Below the pieces are notes generated by a model. It saw only the letters and a list, made by a program, of their open reading frames with translations. It made no database searches and was not told the DNA's origin. A program made the translations under genes and the position numbers. This document shows, one piece after another, positions 32,295 to 39,257 of a DNA stretch of 64,000 nt. The DNA is from Rhodobacterales bacterium (GTDB lineage: Bacteria; Pseudomonadota; Alphaproteobacteria; Rhodobacterales; CAZPXZ01), in NCBI GenBank assembly GCA_965222665.1, contig CBDCUM010000007.1, positions 22,058-86,057 on the forward strand, in the 5' to 3' direction. Numbering within the stretch: the stretch's first letter is position 1; each line of letters starts with the position of its first letter.

Positions 32295-34812
32295 CAGACT
32301 TCCTGACCTCGAACTCGAGAGAGTGTCATGTTTTTGCACCCGCGAAGTGGGGCTCGGCGATTTTTCCGGGTAGTTCATAGACCATGTGCATGTTGGTACC
32401 GGGGAAGACGGTCCGTGTCTGGTTGAGTTCTTCGAGGAGGCTTGCGATGGCGTTGTCGCCGGCATCGCTGGCGGTGCCGAGTATGCGAACGCGGAGGATG
32501 CCGTTGCCGTGCTCCGGGATGACGTCGGCGTCGGCCCGTAGAAGTGCGCGCAAGTGCCGGCGGGGGCGCTGGATCTTGCCCTGGGTCTGGGCAACGGCGG
32601 GCATCATGCGGGTTTCAGCGCGGTAGGCGATCATGCGGATTATATCGAGGAGGAGTTTCTCGCCTTCGGGGAGCGCGTCGAGTGCCTCGTTCGTGTCGAG
32701 TTCGGCGACCGCGATATGTCGCGGTGTATCGCGGCGCTGCAGCTTGAGGGCTTCACGCTCGGCGTCGAGAGCGTCGCTTTGGGCCTGCAGGCGCCGGACG
32801 GCCTCTTCGGCTTCGCGGGTCGGGGTTCCCCTGGACAGGTCGGCGATCCGGTTGCGCAGGGTGCCAAGGCGCTGCCGGAAGCGCTGGACATTGCGGTCGA
32901 TTGCGCGCCAGCGCGGGTTGACGATGCGGGCGTCGGGATCCTGTGCTTCCAAACCGTGGACCGCCAGCGCGTCGAGATTGAACTCCTCGCGCATGTATTT
33001 GAAGAAGTTCTCCTGCGACCATCGGGAGAACAGGGCGCTGGCGGCCCGCTCCATGGGCATGCGGGGGTCGGTGGTGATGAGGGGCACCTGGCGGCCATTC
33101 TCCAGCAGGCGCCGGATCTGGCGGACTTCGGGCCCCTTGCTCAGGATCACGCTCTTCTCGGCGAGGCGGACGGTGGCGCTGCGGGTGCTTCCCGGCCCGT
33201 GGATGGGCACCGTGACGGTGCGGAAGTCCGCCTCCGGCCAGGCCTCCCCCTTGAAGCCCTTGTGCCAGGTGATCACAGCAACCCCGCGCCGGGCGAGGCG
33301 CCGGAACAGGGCAGGGCTCCAGCCTTCCCGGTCGAAGACCAGCGTCAGGGCGGGCTCGCCGGCGTCCGGGACGGTGAGGTCCGGTGCATCCGGGCCCAGC
33401 ATGCCCAGTTTCTCCAGCGCGGGCAGGATGTCCTTCTCCAGCGCGTGGGTCATGGTCGGATCCAGCGCCTTGTTCAGGCACAGGAACGGCTTGCCGCCGA
33501 GCGCGTTGATCCAGTAGCTCGTGGAGGCAGGCAGGCAGAGTTTCTGGCGCGCCACGTAATGCTTGGGCAATTTTCCCTTGCGGCCGGAATACACCTTGAC
33601 GTGGCCATCCACCGACAGGGTCGCACACACGTCCGGTTCTTCCGCCATCCATCCCGCGGCCAGGGAAGCTTGCCAGTCCCGCACCCGTTGCACGTCTCGC
33701 CCCAACGCCTTGATCTTGCCCCGCAGCGTCTTCACCTCCGGGCAGCGGTCCAGGCCCAGGATGGCGCCCCATTCCCCGGGCGCCTGGTGCCGCAGTGCCT
33801 CCGGATTGCGCACCCGGGCCAGGGTGAGGAAGGCCAGGAACAGCAGAACCGTGGTCAAACCGTAGTATCCCTTGGGCAGCGACAGGAACTCCCGCGCGCG
33901 GTCCAGAAGCCCCTCCTTGAGCAGCATCGGCAGCCCGGCCAGCACGCCGCCGCCGGCAACCGCCGACAGCGGCTCCGCAAACTGCGGCCGCATCTCCGTC
34001 AGATGTCCCGTTGCCGCCAGCATCCGCCCCGCCGTGTCCCGGGTGCCCCGACCCATCGGCGCCTCGCGGTCGCGTGCGTCCCGTTCGCTCCGCTCCACCC
34101 TCGGCTCCGGCGCTGCCGCCGCCTGTGGCTCCGTCGACGCGACCACCGGCGGCTCCAGCACTGCCGTCGCCTGCGGCTCCGTCGACGCTGTCGCCTGCGC
34201 CGGCACGGCCCGGTTCGGCGTCCCCCCTCTGATAACACCCGACCGGCGGTTGAGGCTGAACGTGCTCGGCCGGATCCCCAGCTTTCGCGCAACCGCCCGG
34301 CCGCTCAGCCCCGAGGCCAGAAGCCGCTCCGCCTCCCGCGCCGTCGCGGCGTCGATCGCGCTCGGCCCGCGCCTCCGTCGCGGCGTAAGAAAACCGGCCT
34401 CGCCCTGCCTCCGGAGCTGGTTCACTGCCCGCTGCACCGTCGAACGGTTCACGCCAAACGCCGCCGCCAGATCCCTGCGTAGCACACCGTGCTCGGCAAA
34501 CCGCGCAATCCGCAGCTGTCGCGCTCGGTTGTCCGAAACTTCGTGGGAATCGAACGGCGCCAGGTTGCTGAAGTAGACCCGCCGGCCGTCCTCGACCGCG
34601 TGCGAAAAGCAGGATTCGCCGATCTGGATCGCCTCGGCAGGAGGCATCGGAAGCGTGTTCAAGGGAGTCTCCACGGTCGATATCGGGTGCACAGTATTAT
34701 AGCCACTCTCCGTAGATCGGTCAACCCCTCAAATGTCTCCTAACTGCTGGAAATCACGAGCAAAACGATCGCCAAGCCCGCCTTCAATTAGCGCACGAGG
34801 TCAGGAAGTCTG
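32295..34812 (-). mobile_element. unclassified DDE insertion sequence 'IS-A', copy 1, 2518 bp
   Basis: Perfect 17-bp terminal IR CAGACTTCCTGACCTCG (32295-32311; reverse complement at 34796-34812). The 5-bp duplication AATTT lies at 32290-32294 and 34813-34817. The protein is identical to copy 2. Confidence 0.92.
32326..34692 (-). CDS. IS-A transposase (788 aa): N-terminal HTH domains plus IS4-superfamily-like DDE domain
   Basis: HTH-like LRRDLAAAFGVNRSTVQRAVNQL and LSGRAVARKLGIRPSTF. Candidate DDE residues: SVDGHVKVY, LVFDREGW, SRWSQENFFKY. C-terminal coiled coil. Two 100% identical copies exist in the window. Confidence 0.85.
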   Translation of the reverse strand: MHPISTVETPLNTLPMPPAEAIQIGESCFSHAVEDGRRVYFSNLAPFDSHEVSDNRARQLRIARFAEHGVLRRDLAAAFGVNRSTVQRAVNQLRRQGEAGFLTPRRRRGPSAIDAATAREAERLLASGLSGRAVARKLGIRPSTFSLNRRSGVIRGGTPNRAVPAQATASTEPQATAVLEPPVVASTEPQAAAAPEPRVERSERDARDREAPMGRGTRDTAGRMLAATGHLTEMRPQFAEPLSAVAGGGVLAGLPMLLKEGLLDRAREFLSLPKGYYGLTTVLLFLAFLTLARVRNPEALRHQAPGEWGAILGLDRCPEVKTLRGKIKALGRDVQRVRDWQASLAAGWMAEEPDVCATLSVDGHVKVYSGRKGKLPKHYVARQKLCLPASTSYWINALGGKPFLCLNKALDPTMTHALEKDILPALEKLGMLGPDAPDLTVPDAGEPALTLVFDREGWSPALFRRLARRGVAVITWHKGFKGEAWPEADFRTVTVPIHGPGSTRSATVRLAEKSVILSKGPEVRQIRRLLENGRQVPLITTDPRMPMERAASALFSRWSQENFFKYMREEFNLDALAVHGLEAQDPDARIVNPRWRAIDRNVQRFRQRLGTLRNRIADLSRGTPTREAEEAVRRLQAQSDALDAEREALKLQRRDTPRHIAVAELDTNEALDALPEGEKLLLDIIRMIAYRAETRMMPAVAQTQGKIQRPRRHLRALLRADADVIPEHGNGILRVRILGTASDAGDNAIASLLEELNQTRTVFPGTNMHMVYELPGKIAEPHFAGAKT

Positions 34813-35897
34813 AATTTCCCCTTGCGACCGGAATAGATCTTCACATGCCCGTCCACGCACAGCGTGGCGCCGACCTCCGGGTCCTCCTCAAGCCATCCCG
34901 CCGCCAGGGAGGATTGCCAGTTCCGCACTTGCTGCACATCCTGCCCCAGCGCCTTGATCTTGCGCCGCAGCGTCTTCACCTCCGGGCAGCGGTCCAGGCC
35001 CAGGATCGCGCCCCATTCCCCGGGCACCTGGTGCCGGAGCGCCTCCGGATTGCGCACCCGGGCCAAGACGAGGAACGCCAGGAAGAGCAGAACGGTGGTC
35101 AACCCGTAATACCCCTTGGGCAGCGACAGGAACTCCCGCGCGTGGTTCAGAAGCCCCTCCTTCAGCAGCATCGGGAGCCCGGCCAGCACCCCCCCGCCGG
35201 CAACCGCCGACAGCGGTTCCGCAAACTGCGGCCGGATCTCGCTCAGATGCCCCGTCGCGGCCAGCATTCGTCCCGTCGTGTCCCGAGCCCCACGGCCCAT
35301 CGGCGCTGCCCGGTCGCGGGCGTCCCGTGCGCTTCGCTCAATCGGCGGCTCCAGCGCGTCCCGCTCCGGTGCTTCCTGCGGCGCCTCCCGCTCCGCAGGT
35401 GCTTCCGGATCCGGTTCAGCCTTCGCCGTCCCGGCCGGCATCCCACCCCCGACAACGCCTCGCCGGCGATTGTCGTTCAGCGTCCGCACCGGAATCCCCA
35501 GCCGTCGCGCAACCGCCGAGCCGCTCAGACCCGAGGTCAAAAGACGGTCCGCTTCCCGCGCCATGTCGGCATCGATTACGCTCGGACCGCGCCCGCGGCG
35601 CGGCGCAAAGAAGCTCGCCTCGCCGTCCCTCCGGAGTTGGTTCACCGCCCGCTGTACCGTCGAGCGGCTCACGCCGAGCGCCTCCACCAGGTCCGAGCGA
35701 GGGACACCGCTCTCCGCGAACTTCGCGATCCGAAGCAACTTCGCTTCGCGCTGATCGTCAGCGTGAAAATCAAACGGCTCAAGATTGGAGAAATACTCCA
35801 CTCGGCCGTCCCGCCTCACGAAGGAAAAGCAGGAGTTGCCAATCTGGACCGCCTCGGCGGGTCGCATCGGAAGCGTGTTCATGAGATCCTCGGGCAC
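34813..35897 (-). pseudogene. IS-B transposase, N-terminal part
   Basis: MNTLPMRPAEAVQIGNSCFSF..VSRSTVQRAVNQLRRDGEA..YYGLTTVLLFLAFLVLARVRNPEALRHQ..CVDGHVKIYSGRKGK, then the IS-A end. Confidence 0.85.
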
Positions 35898-36164
35898 CGA
35901 ATAATGGGTTCATATTATTATGCCAGATACCCGCCGCTCTGTCAACCCCAAAATCCAATCATAACTCTATCAATTCAAACGATAATTCAACCCACAAGCA
36001 GCTCTCGAAAAGAGAGCGATGTCCGGACGTCTGAAATTGTTCTGCGTCCCGGAATTGGTGCCAGGACGATCCCATATCCGACAGGAGCACATTGCCGAAG
36101 TGTGACTGCTTTGTTACAATAATGTGACAATAATTGACATAGAGCACCGGGAGGGGCCTGTCGC

Positions 36165-36806
36165 GTGATCACGATCAGCGAAGAAATCCTGCTGCTGCTG
36201 CTGGACTACGATTCCGGTGTGATGAACGGCAGCATCGCGCCGAACTCAGGCGCCAATGCGGTCAGCGGAGGCATCCTGATGGACCTCGCGCTGGAGGGCC
36301 GCATCGATACCGATCCCGACACCCTGTTCATGATTGACCCCGAACCCGTTGGCGAGCCAGCTCTCGACAACGCGCTGTCCCGGATTGCGGTCGACAACAG
36401 ACACCGGACCATCGACTACTGGGTGGACACCTTCGCCGCGGATTCGGAGCGTGCGCAGACGCAGCTGGTCGACCGCCTGATTTCCCGCGGCATCCTGTTC
36501 CGGGGGCCGTATGACCGGCTTTGGGTCATGGGAACGCGCAACTATGTGCAGGAGGATGGCCTTCCATTGCGGGATGTCCGACAACGGATCGCGGGCGTGC
36601 TGCTGAGCGGAGAGCTTCCCGACTCGAGGGACGTCATGATCATCAGCCTCGCCGATGCCTGCCGGCTGTGGCGCGGACTGATCGACGAGGACAGCCAGGA
36701 CGCCCTGGCCCCGAGGATCGAGCAAATCGCCAGGATGGACTTCATTGGCCAGGCGGTGGTGCGGTCCATCCGCGAGCATGAAGACTCTGAAGAATCCGTG
36801 CACTAG
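36165..36806 (+). CDS. GPP34/GOLPH3-family protein
   Basis: GTG 36165 follows GGGAGGGG. ITISEEILLLLLDYDSG......GGILMDLALEGRID... and ..VDRLISRGIL.. fit the pattern I associate with the GPP34 family (PF05719). The assignment is from memory. Confidence 0.6.
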   Translation: MITISEEILLLLLDYDSGVMNGSIAPNSGANAVSGGILMDLALEGRIDTDPDTLFMIDPEPVGEPALDNALSRIAVDNRHRTIDYWVDTFAADSERAQTQLVDRLISRGILFRGPYDRLWVMGTRNYVQEDGLPLRDVRQRIAGVLLSGELPDSRDVMIISLADACRLWRGLIDEDSQDALAPRIEQIARMDFIGQAVVRSIREHEDSEESVH

Positions 36807-36923
36807 CATCCGGGTTGTCCAAGCCTGAACCGGTCGCGGTTTCGCATCCGCCACGCACCGGAAGCAGGCAACGAGCCCGACCGCCGGCAAGCAGTATTCG
36901 ATGCCGCGTTGAAACGGGTCGAA

Positions 36924-38141
36924 ATGGCATACGGCAGCCACCGCGGCGAATGGGCGCCTTTCCCCAACCCGCCATCAGCGCCGGACGGCACCCCACTTGA
37001 TAGCACGCAGCCAGAAGAGCATTATGGCCCCCCCCGCACGCCATTCCGAACAGGAGGCGGACAATTGGTGGATGAACAAATCGATTCAGCAATCCCGGTC
37101 GAGTTCTCCGGCAACGCCCGCGAATATTTCGGGATCTGGATCGTCAATCTCCTCCTGTCGATCGTTACGCTGGGAATCTACTCGGCCTGGGCAAAGGTCC
37201 GGACCAAGAAGTATTTCTATCGCAACACTTCGATTGCTGGTCGGCCCTTCAATTATCATGCTACCGGCCTTCAGATCCTCTTTGCCCGTCTGATCGTTCT
37301 GGCTGCCCTCGTCCTCTGGACCGTGCTGTCACAACTCCACATCTACAGCGCCTTTCTGGGAATCGCATTCATGTTTGGGTTTCCCTGGCTGCTCAACCGC
37401 GGCCTGCGGTTCAACGCGTCGGTCACCAGCTGGTCGAACTTGCGATTCTCCTTCGGGGGAAGCTTCTGGGCCGCCTTCCGGGTCTACGTCCTCTACCCGT
37501 TCCTGTCCGCGTTATCGCTCTTTCTGGCATATCCGTACACCCACAGGGCGATGAAACGCTACGTGATCGGAAGCCACTGGTTCGGCGGCAAGCAATTCCA
37601 TTTTGATAGTGGCATCGGACCGTTCTACGGAGCCGCTCTCGCCGTCGTCGCCTGGCTTGCTGCCGTTCTGGTCGCGGCCATCACGGTTCTAGTCTTCGTC
37701 CTGGGAGGGCCCGACGCAATCTTCCTTGAAGGACGCCCGATCGACGAGCTGGAATATCAGCAGAATATCGCGACACTCATCATCGCGATCTATGTCGGGA
37801 TCGCAATCGCGTTCCTTCCAGTGGCAACGATTTACAGCGCTTTTGTCCGCAACACGATCTACGCCGGAACCCGGATGGAAGGCGGGCACCGGTTCGTGTC
37901 GAACATCTCTCCCCTGACGCTCGTCGGGATCGCGATCACGAACATCGTTGCAATTGTCCTGTCGCTCGGCATGCTGGTGCCGTGGGCTCGAATTCGCGTT
38001 GCCCGGTACCTGGCCGCGCATACCTGGGTCGTTCCGGATGGCTCGCTCGATGAATTCGTCGGCGCTGCGGGCAGGCGTCAGTCGGCGATCGGAGACGCGT
38101 TCGCGGACGTTGGGGGATTTGATGTCGGAGCAGGTGTCTGA
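36924..38141 (+). CDS. DUF898 (YjgN-like) polytopic membrane protein
   Basis: VEFSGNAREYFGIWIVNLLLSIVTLGIYSAWAKVRTKKYFYRNT, repeated in the second half as ..LSLGMLVPWARIRVARYLAAHT. There are about 8 hydrophobic segments. The start could be ATG 36924 or TTG 36909. Confidence 0.75.
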   Translation: MAYGSHRGEWAPFPNPPSAPDGTPLDSTQPEEHYGPPRTPFRTGGGQLVDEQIDSAIPVEFSGNAREYFGIWIVNLLLSIVTLGIYSAWAKVRTKKYFYRNTSIAGRPFNYHATGLQILFARLIVLAALVLWTVLSQLHIYSAFLGIAFMFGFPWLLNRGLRFNASVTSWSNLRFSFGGSFWAAFRVYVLYPFLSALSLFLAYPYTHRAMKRYVIGSHWFGGKQFHFDSGIGPFYGAALAVVAWLAAVLVAAITVLVFVLGGPDAIFLEGRPIDELEYQQNIATLIIAIYVGIAIAFLPVATIYSAFVRNTIYAGTRMEGGHRFVSNISPLTLVGIAITNIVAIVLSLGMLVPWARIRVARYLAAHTWVVPDGSLDEFVGAAGRRQSAIGDAFADVGGFDVGAGV

Positions 38142-39192
38142 ATCGTCTGGAAAGCCGCTTTTCGGCGCTGCTTACCGGGCCGGCTCGTCCCGGCGCCATT
38201 CAGCCCGAATCCTCAGAATGGGGGCCGGCCGGACCCTGCATCTTGTCGAGTCCGGCAGTGGCGAAGTGCTCACGCACGCGGCGCCAGAATTGCTCCGGCG
38301 CGAGCCCCGTCTCGGCAAGTTACCTTCGGAAATTGTGTTTCCGGACGGCTGGCGCTTCGAGACCATGGATCACGACGGCCTCGACGCGATTCTCCGCTCC
38401 CGGGGCCAAGGCTGGCTTCATCGCTCTGAAGCCTACCAACCTCGCCTGGCACTCATCATTCCGGTCTGCCTGGTGCTGGGCTACGCAGTCTGGCGATGGG
38501 GCCTCATCGTCCTGGTTGCCGTTGCGGTCGCAGCGACTCCGGCGGCACTCCCCCGCGCCATCGACGACAGCAATCTTCTGGTAATCGACCAATTGGCTGC
38601 TCGGCCAACCCGACTGAACGATGCGCAATTGGACAACGTGCGTCACGTATTCGCACGGCTGGAAGCTGCGGCGGGACCGTCTCCATTTGGCGAGTTCAGG
38701 CTGCTGTTCCGCAGAATTCCGGGCATCGGTCCCAACGCGTTCGCAATGCCCGGCGGGACAATTGTCGTCACGGACACGCTCATTGAGCGTTTCCCCGACG
38801 ACGACATCATCGCCGGCGTGCTCGCCCATGAAGTCGCCCATGTTGCGGAAGGCCACGCCCTTGAACAGCTCTACCGCGAGACCGGCATTCGGCTGCTGGG
38901 CGGACTGGTATTCGGGGAACTCGGCCCCGTCCTGGAACGCGCCGCAACCGAAGGAGAAGCGCTCCTGTCCCTCGCCCATTCCCGGGAGCATGAGGCGGAA
39001 GCGGATCGGTTCGGAGTCGCACTGGCAGCGAGAGCGGGATTCGAGCCAGCAGGCCTTGCCCGGCTGTTCGAGGGACTGGACTCCCTTGGGCCGCTACCGG
39101 AGACATCCTGGTGGTCCACGCACCCCGCGCCCGAGGACCGCATTGCGCAGATCCGCCGCTACGCGGAGGAGATTCGAGAGTCGACGTTGTAG
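38122..39192 (+). CDS. M48-family zinc metallopeptidase with N-terminal membrane-anchored domain
   Basis: HEVAHVAEGH (HExxH) plus a downstream EHEAEADRFG third ligand. TM segments ALIIPVCLVLGYAVWRWGLIVLVAVAVA. ATG 38122 overlaps the DUF898 gene end by 20 nt. Confidence 0.85.
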   Translation: MSEQVSESSGKPLFGAAYRAGSSRRHSARILRMGAGRTLHLVESGSGEVLTHAAPELLRREPRLGKLPSEIVFPDGWRFETMDHDGLDAILRSRGQGWLHRSEAYQPRLALIIPVCLVLGYAVWRWGLIVLVAVAVAATPAALPRAIDDSNLLVIDQLAARPTRLNDAQLDNVRHVFARLEAAAGPSPFGEFRLLFRRIPGIGPNAFAMPGGTIVVTDTLIERFPDDDIIAGVLAHEVAHVAEGHALEQLYRETGIRLLGGLVFGELGPVLERAATEGEALLSLAHSREHEAEADRFGVALAARAGFEPAGLARLFEGLDSLGPLPETSWWSTHPAPEDRIAQIRRYAEEIRESTL

Positions 39193-39257
39193 GTTTCCGG
39201 CCGGTGGCAGCCCGACGTCGGAAGCCCTTCCGGCCTGTGGCTATCCTGTCCCGCGGC

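Larger units (their letters stand above)
31016..36033 (-). mobile_element. unclassified DDE insertion sequence 'IS-B' (own length about 2495 bp) with nested IS-A copy
   Basis: Ends CAGATGTCCGGACCTCG (31016-31032) and CGATGTCCGGACGTCTG (36017-36033) form an imperfect IR. The 5-bp duplication AAATT lies at 31011-31015 and 36034-36038. Its transposase is split at ..YSGRKGK|LPKHF.. by IS-A. Confidence 0.85.
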
